A stretch of 64,000 nt of DNA from a virus (taxonomy: Duplodnaviria > Caudoviricetes): IMG/VR virus record IMGVR_UViG_3300027819_000006. One strand, written 5' to 3'. A program made the position numbers and the translations under genes. The notes below the pieces were generated by a model. The model was given only the letters and a program-made list of their open reading frames with translations, had not been told where the DNA came from and made no database searches. Below, piece after piece: positions 41,807 to 51,448 of the stretch (position 1 is its first letter; each line of letters begins with the position of its first letter).

Positions 41807-42931
41807 CTAGTTGCCCTTTCCCAGCATGCTATGTATAACATTATAACAATCATTTCTAGAACTAGCTTTTGTCATTACAGTTTTTTCTTTAAACTCTTTA
41901 TCTTCGCCAAATTTACCAATTAGATGATCTGAAAAATTTTTATAATTTGACATATAAGAATATTGACCAGAAAGCATGCATAAACTTAGCTGATTTACAT
42001 TCGGAAGTATACTTTCTAATATTATTTTTGCTGTCTCTTCATCGTCTTCAGAATTCCAATTTTGATAATCTCCAAAATAAGCACAATAAATATTCCAATC
42101 AACTGAAGGATAAAATGTTCTCATTCTATCATCTAATATTTTAAATGCGCTTGAAATTAATGTTCCGCCTCCAGGAGTTAATTTATAAAATCTCTCCTTA
42201 TCAACTTCTGCAGCTTCTGTATCATGTAAAATATATCTAATATCTACATCATGATAAAACTTTTTTAACCATATTTCAATCCAATAGCATATTGTTTTTA
42301 CTATATCTAATTGTTCATCTGTCATAGAACCGGATACATCCATCATGTAGAATATGACAGCATTATTCATAGGCATAGGTTTAGTTTTCCAAGATTTATA
42401 TACAACATCATCTGTATAAGGTATTATTCTCGGAGATATTGGATTATATTGATTAGATTTAAGTTGTTTAAGAATAGTTTTAAGAATAGTTCTTTTTTTG
42501 TGTCTTAATGTTCGAGGTCCAGTAGAAGCAACAGTATTATATTTGTTTTTATAACCCTTCATCATTCTCTTGCCTTTTGGTAAAATATTAGGCAATGCTA
42601 ATTCTTCTCCTAACATCTCAGCTAATTCTTCTATATTCAATTCTGCATATTGTGAATGTCTGCCTTTTTCGTTACTAGCTTTACCTATTTCTTCTTCATC
42701 TGGATCAAAATCGACTATATCACCAACTTCTCCATCACCTCTACCAACAGAGCCAACTTCTCCTTTACTATATTTTATAGTAGGAATATGAATAGATTCA
42801 ATTGGAATTTTTATGGAATCTTTACCTCTAACAGAATTTATCTCACCATTAATAACTTTCTTTATCTTATCTTTGGCATTCTCACGCAATTTTTTTCTAA
42901 ATCTATCAGCGTCTTGTAAAGTTGAACCCAT
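41807..42931 (-). CDS. yeaH: YeaH/YhbH (DUF444) vWA protein
   Basis: VGRGDGEVGD, LALPNILPKG, AVIFYMMDVSGSM and GGTLISSA. Confidence 0.9.
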   Translation of the reverse strand: MGSTLQDADRFRKKLRENAKDKIKKVINGEINSVRGKDSIKIPIESIHIPTIKYSKGEVGSVGRGDGEVGDIVDFDPDEEEIGKASNEKGRHSQYAELNIEELAEMLGEELALPNILPKGKRMMKGYKNKYNTVASTGPRTLRHKKRTILKTILKQLKSNQYNPISPRIIPYTDDVVYKSWKTKPMPMNNAVIFYMMDVSGSMTDEQLDIVKTICYWIEIWLKKFYHDVDIRYILHDTEAAEVDKERFYKLTPGGGTLISSAFKILDDRMRTFYPSVDWNIYCAYFGDYQNWNSEDDEETAKIILESILPNVNQLSLCMLSGQYSYMSNYKNFSDHLIGKFGEDKEFKEKTVMTKASSRNDCYNVIHSMLGKGN

Positions 42932-42953
42932 TATTTATATCTCTCTTAAACGT

Positions 42954-44945
42954 TTATGAAGTCACTTTTGGATTTGACCTACTCATGATAGAACTTACGA
43001 AATTCAAACTATCAGTTGCACAATTATCGCAATAACCATATTCACTAATTAATCTTCCTTTAACTATATCTATTTTAGCTTGAGTATCTGAATCTACTAC
43101 ACCCGTAACAAGCTGATTAAGTTTAATTGTGTCTTTCTGATCTTCAAACAATTTCAGTTCAAGAGCCATTTGCAATCTTGGATTAGACTTATAATCAAAT
43201 TTCTTTCCGTCTACAGCTAACCCTCCAATATAGTTCATGATTGCAAGTCTGAAATCTCCTTTTCTTTCATCTGGAATATCAATTTTTTCTTCAATTGCTC
43301 GCATCAATCTTTCATCTGGCTCTTCATCTTTACCAGTATATTTATTTTTAACCTTTTCTTTTGAAGTGAAAGCTTTAATATTGTCGATATAATTCTGACA
43401 AATTCTAGCTAAACCTTGATCATCTGCTGCAATAGCTCTCTGAACTTCTCTTTTTACAATGTATTCATACTCTTCTTTTACATCATTTAATAAAGCTCTA
43501 AATTTCTTTCTTGTTTCTGGAGATGAAGTAAGTGAATAAATATCTAAACCTTTGTCTAATTCATTCATTACCATGAATGGGTTAATACATTTGAATTCTG
43601 AATTAACAATTGCATTTGAAATCTTATCTTGAATATATCTTGGAGAAATCCCTTCCATACCTTCTCTAGATTCTGCTTGCATCATTTCTTTTACATGATC
43701 TTCTGTAAATCCAGGTAAAGTTTTACCATTATACAATTTCATTTTCTGTACAATTGATAATTTACCACCTTCAGGATCTCTCAGTCTTGTCAAAACTGAC
43801 CACATTGCTGCAACCTCTAAAGTATGTGGAGCAATATGAGGATCTTTCATATTTTTAAATCTTTTTTCATAAATTTTCATTTCAGAATCAAGAATCTTAA
43901 TATATGGAATATCTACTCGAACAGTTCTATCTCTTAAAGCTTCCATACTCTCGTTTTTTTGCAGGTTTACGAAATCGGAAGCATTACAATGTCCCAAAAT
44001 TACTTCATCAATATCAACATGACTAAATTTCTTGGGTTTTATCTTATGCTCTTGTGAAGCAGTTAATAGATCATAAAGGAATGCTACATCTAATTTGAGA
44101 ACTTCAATCATTTCAATCATACCTCTATTTGCTACACAAAATTCTCCATCAAAGTTGAATGCTCTTGGATCAGAATCTCTACCATATTCAGCAATTTTTC
44201 TATAATCAATGTCTCCAGTTAACTCTGTAGAGTCTTGATTCTTTTCATCTTTTGGTTGAAATGTAGCAATTCCTATTCTATCATCTTCTGAAAATACATA
44301 TTTGAATACTTTAATATGATTGTCATAAATTTTTTCCACATCTCCGCTATATTTAGTCATCAGTTCATTGAAATAAAATCTGCATAAAGGACATAGATTA
44401 CCTAAAGATTTTCCAAATCCAAAAGTTTCTCTATGCTCTAATGGAATTAGATGTAGAGGATCTTCGTGCATTGGACAGACTACTTCAGTCTTATTTTCAT
44501 CATCTAATATCCATTTGAATGAATATACAGCTCCATCATCTTTCTTGCTGTATTCTTGAAGTCCCTTCTTCATTAGTCTAGCAATAGTAGATTTAGATGA
44601 TCCTACTGGCCCATGTAATAGAAAAATTCTACTTTCTGTACCATAACTATTCGCAGCAGATTCAACTAGCTTTACAAGCTTCATTAAATGGGGATCTATT
44701 CCATATACTGCATCTAGACCATCTTCCATAGGATCATCAAAGAAATTATAATGAATTACTCTTTCTTTAAAATGAGTATATTCATTAGTCCCATGAGATA
44801 AAATCATGTCAAACATTCTCTGAAATGCATTTCTATATAACTTTGGATTTTCTTTACATAGATCTATATAATTATTGAAACTCCCCTCCCAGTGCTCCCT
44901 ATCATACTTTGTCTGTTCTAACGCTGAGATAGATTTAAAATCCAT
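42954..44945 (-). CDS. prkA: PrkA/YeaG AAA+ ATPase/kinase
   Basis: [39 protein letters not shown] and EGMEGISPR. Confidence 0.95.
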   Translation of the reverse strand: MDFKSISALEQTKYDREHWEGSFNNYIDLCKENPKLYRNAFQRMFDMILSHGTNEYTHFKERVIHYNFFDDPMEDGLDAVYGIDPHLMKLVKLVESAANSYGTESRIFLLHGPVGSSKSTIARLMKKGLQEYSKKDDGAVYSFKWILDDENKTEVVCPMHEDPLHLIPLEHRETFGFGKSLGNLCPLCRFYFNELMTKYSGDVEKIYDNHIKVFKYVFSEDDRIGIATFQPKDEKNQDSTELTGDIDYRKIAEYGRDSDPRAFNFDGEFCVANRGMIEMIEVLKLDVAFLYDLLTASQEHKIKPKKFSHVDIDEVILGHCNASDFVNLQKNESMEALRDRTVRVDIPYIKILDSEMKIYEKRFKNMKDPHIAPHTLEVAAMWSVLTRLRDPEGGKLSIVQKMKLYNGKTLPGFTEDHVKEMMQAESREGMEGISPRYIQDKISNAIVNSEFKCINPFMVMNELDKGLDIYSLTSSPETRKKFRALLNDVKEEYEYIVKREVQRAIAADDQGLARICQNYIDNIKAFTSKEKVKNKYTGKDEEPDERLMRAIEEKIDIPDERKGDFRLAIMNYIGGLAVDGKKFDYKSNPRLQMALELKLFEDQKDTIKLNQLVTGVVDSDTQAKIDIVKGRLISEYGYCDNCATDSLNFVSSIMSRSNPKVTS

Positions 44946-44970
44946 TTTGTTTCACTTTCTCCTATTTTTA

Positions 44971-45669
44971 TTATATGAACTGCTCTATGTAATTTCTATC
45001 TTCTGTGAATATTGGAATTTCATTATCTATTTTCCAATAACCTTCTATTTTAAAACAACACGCTCCTCTTTTAAAACTTGTTATTTCTTTTTCCCAACAA
45101 ACATCAACATCTTCTAATAGCATCTGTTTGACTTCTTTTGTGCTCTTGCTATCTAATTGTTTGTGAGAAAAGTGTTTCTGTCCTAAACAATTTATACTAT
45201 TTCTTTCACAGTCTTTCTGTCTCCAAATGAAATAATTGCAAACTTCTTCTTTGGGTAGAGAAAATACTCTGCAGTCAAAGAAAGCTGTTTGTAGTGGTAC
45301 TTTTAATTTAATAGGTTGCAAATATATATTTGCATAAGCTGTACATAATGAAGCTGCTACAGAAACTATCTTTTGAATATTACCACCAAACCACTGTTCA
45401 GTTTCAAATGTTTCATAGTCTGTCAACAATAAAGAAATTTCATCTGATTGAGTATAAGCTAATTTACAGTTCTGAACTTCACCACACAAATCTAATATTG
45501 TATATTTGAAAGCATTCATTAGATCTTCGTCATACGGCTTTTTCAGATGCTTTGTAAATGTATGGAAAGCCTTGCCATCCAATCTGATAATTGCTGGCAT
45601 TCTTGGAATTAGACGTTGTTCAGTGAAACATTTCTCAAATTTCTTCATGCGATCTGCGATATTTATCAT
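44971..45669 (-). CDS. thg1: tRNA(His) guanylyltransferase Thg1/TLP family (3'-5' polymerase)
   Basis: IIRLDGKAFHTFT, AYTQSDEISL, FDCRVF and YFIWRQKDCERNS. Confidence 0.93.
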   Translation of the reverse strand: MINIADRMKKFEKCFTEQRLIPRMPAIIRLDGKAFHTFTKHLKKPYDEDLMNAFKYTILDLCGEVQNCKLAYTQSDEISLLLTDYETFETEQWFGGNIQKIVSVAASLCTAYANIYLQPIKLKVPLQTAFFDCRVFSLPKEEVCNYFIWRQKDCERNSINCLGQKHFSHKQLDSKSTKEVKQMLLEDVDVCWEKEITSFKRGACCFKIEGYWKIDNEIPIFTEDRNYIEQFI

Positions 45670-45677
45670 AAAAACTC

Positions 45678-46403
45678 CTATGGATTGAATCTACTACCCC
45701 AATTATTATGGATTTCTTTATGACACTTCCTGCAAAGTATTAATCCATTCAATAAGTTTTCATCTTTTATTCTATCACAATTAGCTAAATAAGCAGCTTT
45801 ATCATCGTCACAATCGAAAACAATATTACATTTTGCTAATTCCTCTTTTATTAATATGACCATAGGAACTATATGATGAGCATCTAATTGTTCTTTGCTT
45901 CCGCATTTTGAACATTTATCATATGCAGCATACATTTTATTGTACCATTTAAATCTTCTACTGACTTCTATTTTAACTTTAACTGTTAGAGTGTGAAATC
46001 TACCACCTTTCCATGCAGTAGCATTTTTGCCGGTCTTGCCTGTTCTCGATATAGACATTTTATTCCTAGTAGCTATAGAATGTTTTTTATGATACATACT
46101 ATTTTTAGGACCAGATGTATCTCTAATTTTTATAGCATTTTGATATTTTTCTGAATTTCTTACAGCATTTCCATGTTCTTTCTTTTTTTCATCAGTCCAA
46201 AATGCTTTAGTTCTTTGAGGAGGATGATTTATGGGAACTATTTTTCTATAACATGGCTGGCATATATCTATATGAGATTGTCTATTTATTTTATTTCCAC
46301 ATTCACACATCATATTATTTCTACAGGGTCCACATATTTCGTATCCACATCTTATAGAATCTTCTTTTAATTCATTATTACAGCTGCGTATTTCACATTT
46401 CAT
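45678..46403 (-). mobile_element. NUMOD3 + HNH homing endonuclease
   Basis: True start MKCEIRSC after AAGGAG; KHSIATRNKMS, AWKGG, CSKCG..LDAHHI and NGLILCRKCH. Confidence 0.85.
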
Positions 46404-46523
46404 TTTTATCTCCTTGAATATAATAAATATACTCAAGAGAGACAAATGAATCAATCGGCCAGAGAATCTTCGATCATAGTAACCTCCTGTTTGTCTTTAT
46501 TTTTAATAAAATAGCAATCAGAT

Positions 46524-46670
46524 TTAATCTAGAAGCAGTTTTTTATTCTCTGTTAATGATTGCTCTTTTATAATTCCAGTACCTAAGCAATTAGGACAGA
46601 TTTCAATCTTTTCTTCTAGTTTTATTACTTTCTTGCCTTCACAGATCTTGCATATGATCACATCTGACAT
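46524..46670 (-). CDS. 48-aa DnaJ-type zinc-finger peptide
   Basis: Hand translation MSDVIICKICEGKK...ICPNCLGTGII. Confidence 0.65.
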   Translation of the reverse strand: MSDVIICKICEGKKVIKLEEKIEICPNCLGTGIIKEQSLTENKKLLLD

Positions 46671-46671
46671 G

Positions 46672-47391
46672 TCATTTTTCCCTCATTAATATGATGATTT
46701 TATCTAATCTTACTACAGTATTTTCAATCACAGTCATGAATTGCTCTATAGTTTGTTCAATGTTTTCTATATCTTCTTTATTATATTCTTTTTCTAAATT
46801 TTTGAATATAGTATATAGCCTGAGTACTTCAATTTTAACTTTGTCTTTATTTCTCATTTTTAATAGTTATGTAATACATTGATTATAACTTCATCAGGTA
46901 GATTGTCCATATAGATAAAATAGTTGTTCTGAACCACAGATTTTACAAACTGAAAACCATAGACATTTTCTACTACATTTTTAATTTTAGCTTCACCATA
47001 TTCCATTGGAATGACTATTATTCTTTTATTTGTTATGCTTGCTTGTAATATCTTCCATACCAAATCTGGTCTTGTTTTGAACGTTCCAGTATATAGAATT
47101 TCAAAATTATCTCCCCACACTTTCTCTGTCAAACTATTTCTCCAACTAAGTTTGTTCTACAACTTGATTGTTTGCTACTTTCCATTGTTCAGCTGACAAA
47201 ATGATATCACTTGTTTCATCATCTATTCTCATGTTCAGAGGCCAAATACTTTTACACTGATTAGATTTGCCATCTTCAGTTTCTATCCATACAGTGCCCT
47301 CTATTACAGAATCTGGCAAACTATTTAGACAGTTTTTTAGCTGTCTAATTGTGATTCCATTTGAATTTTCTAGTTTTTTGATCTCTTCCAT
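46672..47391 (-). other. Small hypothetical ORFs (46672-46857, 46860-47132, 47146-47391)
   Basis: Contiguous ORFs with RBSs. Confidence 0.6.
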
Positions 47392-47392
47392 T

Positions 47393-47602
47393 TTAACACT
47401 CGAATGAATTTCTTATGAAATGTATCAGATATTCTTTACTAGCTCCTTCAAGCTGCATTTCTTCTGCTTTATCAAGTATCAGTTTAAAATGTGGTCCTGG
47501 CTTAATTCCAAGAGTAATCAGATCATTTCCAGTTACAAGTCTTGGTGCATTAATCTTGTCTTCAGTAAAATCAGGTTCTGCAAGTTTTGCAACCAGAAAT
47601 TT
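47393..47602 (-). pseudogene. C-terminal remnant of a CCA-adding enzyme/poly(A) polymerase
   Basis: Hand translation KFLVAKLAEPDFTEDKINAPRLVTGNDLITLGIKPGPHFKLILDKAEEMQLEG...*; no start codon or RBS. Confidence 0.75.
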
Positions 47603-47608
47603 GTAATA

Positions 47609-47637
47609 GTTATAAACAATTTTGATGCAAAAGTAAA
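47609..47637 (-). promoter_or_regulatory. Early promoter copy (TATAAC variant) fused to the CCA remnant
   Basis: TTTACT TTTGCATCAAAATTGTT TATAAC. Confidence 0.75.
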
Positions 47638-47703
47638 TAAAAAGATGCTTCCCATATAAAATAAATATATAAGAAACATCACTTTAAAACATCTGTCTAA
47701 CAA

Positions 47704-50700
47704 CTAAACAATCTTGAAACCATCTACAGAATATCTAGAAATTCTATTAACCTCTTCTTCTTCATGTTTCTCCATCTGATTCAAATAGAAAGCAAATCTC
47801 TCTTCTATATGCTCGTTCAAATCGTAAACTTTATCAGAATAAACTTTCAAATCTGCTGCTTTCTTCTTTGATTCTTCAAAATTCTCGACATGTTTAGATA
47901 TAGCATCTGTCCACACTTTAGGAGCTGTAACACTTACTGCCATGTTTTCAAATCTTAGTTTATCGGGAACAGTTTTCCAGAAGTCATGATAACCTCCATA
48001 ATTGCTGAATACTGGGACTGCTCCATAATACAAAGATTCTATCAGCTTTATCTCTGATTTGCACTCGCTAAATGTATTATGTTCTACATATGCCAAAGAT
48101 ATATCAAACAGAGTATAGAATTTAGCATATTCTTCTAGAGGCAGAGCATCAAAAATTTTTATTCTCTTTGGATCAATACCTGAATATAGTTTCTCTACTC
48201 TGTTTCTATAAGTCAAGCTCTTGTCTTGCAATTCCATTTCTCTGAATTTAGCCTGACCATTCTCGTCATATTGTATTTCTACTTGTGAATCTTTCAATGC
48301 CATACCAGCAAGCACAAATACAGTCTGTGGATATCTGTCATGTATGACTTTTAGAATGGAATACATTTTTCTCAGATCTTCAAAATGACTTGTAAGACCT
48401 GCCCAGCCAATAACAATTTTATTGTCAGTTGAAGGAAACCATTCTGGTAACATTTGCTGTCTAGTATCAGAAATATTTAAATTCCATTGTGGCAGTTGCC
48501 AGTCAAACATATTTCTGATTATATGCACATTCTTATTGAAATTTCCAAATGTTTTACATAGTTTCTCAGTAGTAGTTGTAATAGCATGACTCTTGCTTAG
48601 AGAGTGAATGCTCATTTGATCTTTTTTGCTTGCATCAATTATGTTGCGATGATATCGATTCCATATCATCTCTTATGGTCACCCATAAGTTCAGACTATT
48701 TCTTGTGCTATATTCAAAAGCACCTCTCTGTTTCAGCTTCTCTTGAAGCTTACATTATATAGTCGTTGCACTATCTGTGTTTCAAATATTCAGCTATTAT
48801 GCTGATTACTGCAATAAGAGATATTACAGATAAAGCATATATTAAAATATACTTTCCAAATAGCTCAGAGTTTTCTCAGTGAGATTTTCTCTGAATTAAG
48901 AGAGTTTTTATTATGTGAAGCAATTTAATACCACACATCACGCATCAATTATGTTATCTTAGAAGTTCTTTATCTTCTAATTCTGATAATTTTATTCTTA
49001 TCAGTTCGGACTATATCATCAGTATTGAAATACTGTCTCTTTTTCTTGGATATTTCTATCTAGTCTCTGAACCTTCTATTTTATCAATAGTTTAGCTGCT
49101 GATTAGCATTTCAGCTTTCCAGCAATTTAAGAGATTTTTCATTGAATTATTCAATGCCCCAATTTTTATTCAGGGTGCGTTCTTGGTAAGTTGAATTCAT
49201 TATCTATTTATTTGTTAACTGCAATTTCTTTTATTATAGTTGCAGATCGGACTATTTCATCTAGTTCTATGTCTAGTCTCTGAACCTTCTATTTATATAG
49301 CTTGGCTGCAGATTGTCTCTGTCTGAGATATCCCTGCAATTTATAGAATTTATTGTGGACAATATTTGAATTCTAAAAACTTAATCCACATCATGACAGA
49401 CCCAAGCAGATTTCTCTGTCTTCGGCCACATGTTTACTGCTGATAAAAAATGTGAATGTAAATTTCCACATCTGTGCATTATTATTCCATCTGCTAATTT
49501 GAGATGATTCGGTTGTCATTTATGTTGCGGAATTTATTCGCAATAAGCTGCTGAAAATAATATGCATGGTTTCTTAACTTTTATATTGATTTCTTCGAAG
49601 CTATAATCTCTAAAAGTATGAAAATTAAATTCATCTTCATTTCCAAAAGATCTTTTTAGTGTTGCTTTAGCCTCTTCTAAATCTTTTGCTGCTATAAAAA
49701 TTATACTAAGTGAATAACCTTTACATGCTTTTACTTTAAAATATTTCATAATAAATTCCTCTACAATTTTTTATATTGTTGTAGTTCGGACTATCACATG
49801 ATCTTATAATATACTAAGCTGCTACCATTCAATTTTACCAGATTTACGAACTAATTTGTTGCCATATAGAGTAACTACTAATACATCTTCTAATACTTTA
49901 TATGTTCTTTGTGCAGCGTTTGATTTAAATAATTTCTTAACAGAAGCTGCTTGTTTCTTAGTCATATATCTGTAATTCACCATAAGACCTCCAAGGTTTA
50001 GTCTCTTCTACTGCATTTTCATGCTTGTAGTTTGTTAGCTTTAATTATGTTTCTAATTTGTTTTTTGTCTAATTTATCAGAAGATATTACGCATCCAAAA
50101 TCGCTAGTATTTTTAGTGTCAGGATGTTGATAAATGTGTAATCCAAATTTGTATTTTAAAACATGTTCTAATATCTCTATGTAGCTCATTGGACCTCCTG
50201 CAATTATTTCTTGATTCATAGTCAAAGCCTTTCAATTTAATTACTTAAGATTCTCATTTCTATATTGCTATAGAATGATCCACATTGTCTAGATTTTCAG
50301 TATAAACTAAATTTATCTCATCTCTAAAATTCTTCCACAGTACTCTCATCGGTTCAAAGATTCTGAAATATGCTTTCATGTTAGCTACAATTTTTGATAT
50401 AGTTGTAGTTCGGACTATCATATGATCTTTATGCTTTACCAAGTCTCAGGATCATTTCTATAAAAGTGTACAAATGCTAAAAATATTATAATACATCCTA
50501 GTGGTAAAATTAAACATTTTAGATCTCCAATCGTTTAGTCTCTCAAGCTGCAAAATTGTTTATAAAGCTTCCTGTCTTGATTAAAATATACTTTTTCTAT
50601 TGAAAGCTCTACTAAATTATAAATATATGCACACTTTCTATTATCTTTGGGACATCCTGGATCTTCTGCTTCTAAATATATAAGAGGAGAATATTTATCT

Positions 50701-51309
50701 CTATATATTTTAGCAATTTTATAATCCCAACTTTTGAGCTGTCTTACCTGAACTTCAACCCAAAAAGGCATGTACCTATAGTTCATCATGTTTTGCTTGC
50801 TCCTTGTTGTCTGATTTCTATGATCAGATATTCAAGTGATTAGATTAGATTCTCATTCTATATTATTAGAATGACACCATTTAAAATGTTCCAGTTTCTG
50901 CTTTATGTTAATCTCTAATTTTTTGTATAGTTAGAGTTCGGACTATCATATGATCTTTACAGATTATTAAAATCAAAACCTTCTCCTTTATAATTCTCTG
51001 TACAATATGTCGCAACGAATATTAAAAGAAAAATTATTATTCCGCCCATAAAAATCTCCAATCGTTTAGTCTCTCAAGCTGTATTTAAACTTGTTCCTTG
51101 TTGTCTGAATTTTATTCAGATATTCAAGTGATTAGATTAGATTTTCATTCTATTGCTTATAGAATGCCGCCAGAATTTAACGGAGTGCTAAAAACGATAC
51201 AGCGCTTAGATCGATCGATGCTAGATGGATTAGTGAACATTTGTTTCAACTTGTTTCTTTCTTCAGCATTTTTATAGTTCAAATGCTCTTCTACATTTTC
51301 TTCTGTAAT
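47704..51309 (-). CDS. GT-B glycosyltransferase (GT4-like), 446 aa after splicing out six group I introns
   Basis: Exons 51309-51180, 50900-50886, 50372-50291, 49516-49384, 49204-49172, 48945-48930 and 48635-47704 join to 1341 nt in frame: RCIVFSTPSETGTSYFRIFEP...HDVDDNEFNLPRTHPMRDVWYASKK...VIGWAGLTSHFEDL...FSECKSEIKLIE. AUU start after AAGGAG. Confidence 0.88.
48636..48929 (-). mobile_element. Group I intron F (294 nt)
   Basis: AATTCAGAGAAA, AACTCTGAGC, GTGCAACGACTA and GAAATAGTCTG; P9 hairpins; end GCAACATAATTG. Confidence 0.87.
48946..49171 (-). mobile_element. Group I intron E (226 nt)
   Basis: AATTGCTGGAAA, AATCAGCAG, GTTCAGAGACTA and GATATAGTCCG; end AACATAATTG. Confidence 0.9.
49205..49383 (-). 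mobile_element. Group I intron D (179 nt, non-canonical 3' junction)
   Basis: P1 GUGGAU/GUCCAC, AATTGCAGGGA, AATCTGCAG, GTTCAGAGACTA and GAAATAGTCCG. Confidence 0.85.
49534..49749 (-). CDS. 71-aa hypothetical ORF in the P9 region of intron C
   Basis: GAGG RBS overlapping the P9 stem; MKYFKVKACKGYS. Confidence 0.65.
   Translation of the reverse strand: MKYFKVKACKGYSLSIIFIAAKDLEEAKATLKRSFGNEDEFNFHTFRDYSFEEINIKVKKPCILFSAAYCE
49822..49983 (-). CDS. 53-aa hypothetical ORF in the P8 loop of intron C
   Basis: GGAGG RBS; MVNYRYMTKKQAASVKK...GKIEW*. Confidence 0.65.
   Translation of the reverse strand: MVNYRYMTKKQAASVKKLFKSNAAQRTYKVLEDVLVVTLYGNKLVRKSGKIEW
50019..50189 (-). CDS. 56-aa hypothetical ORF in intron C (upstream of R)
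   Basis: GGAGG RBS before MSYIEILEH. Confidence 0.6.
   Translation of the reverse strand: MSYIEILEHVLKYKFGLHIYQHPDTKNTSDFGCVISSDKLDKKQIRNIIKANKLQA
50373..50885 (-). mobile_element. Group I intron B (513 nt)
   Basis: P1 ACAU/GUGU; core nearly identical to intron A; terminal G before CATATTTC. Confidence 0.88.
50535..50789 (-). CDS. 84-aa hypothetical ORF inside intron B
   Basis: AAGGAG RBS; its stop codon lies within the R element; no endonuclease motif. Confidence 0.7.
   Translation of the reverse strand: MMNYRYMPFWVEVQVRQLKSWDYKIAKIYRDKYSPLIYLEAEDPGCPKDNRKCAYIYNLVELSIEKVYFNQDRKLYKQFCSLRD
50901..51179 (-). mobile_element. Group I intron A (279 nt)
   Basis: P1 CCGU/GCGG, P10 UUCUG/CAGAA, R CTTGAGAGACTA, S ATGATAGTCCG, terminal G. 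Confidence 0.88.
50957..51049 (-). CDS. 30-aa hydrophobic peptide in the P8 loop of intron A
   Basis: GGAG RBS; MGGIIIFLLIFVATYCTENYKGEGFDFNNL*. Confidence 0.5.
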   Translation of the reverse strand: MGGIIIFLLIFVATYCTENYKGEGFDFNNL

Positions 51310-51357
51310 GTTAGTTCTCCTTATTTAAATGTTTAACATCTATTTATTTTATAAAAC

Positions 51358-51393
51358 AAAAACAAAGCAATTTAAACTGCTTTGTTTTTTGCT
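51358..51393. terminator. Hairpin with flanking A/T runs, possible bidirectional terminator
   Basis: AAAAACAAAGCA...TGCTTTGTTTTT. Confidence 0.55.
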
Positions 51394-51448
51394 GAAATAT
51401 GATGCCGCTACATCTATTTCGTTACTACATCTTCTCTTGGAAGATAAG

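Larger units (their letters stand above)
49517..50290 (-). mobile_element. Group I intron C (774 nt) carrying three ORFs
   Basis: P1 AUCU/GGAU, R GAAGAGACTAAAC, S GTGATAGTCCG, end GCAACATAAATG. Confidence 0.85.

Noticed and set aside
46455-46500. Leader peptide MIEDSLAD* with strong AGGAGG upstream of the HNH gene
   Set aside because: Single occurrence inside an AGACAAA/TTTGTCT stem; it cannot be distinguished from a chance or decayed gene start without homologs.
48636-48669. ORF-track start MIWNRYHRNIID for the glycosyltransferase
   Set aside because: These codons lie in the P9 hairpins of intron F; the true exon starts at 48635.
50260-50442. 60-aa ORF MVKHKDHMIVR...AYFRIFEP
   Set aside because: Artefact joining the 3' end of intron B to exon 3 of the glycosyltransferase.
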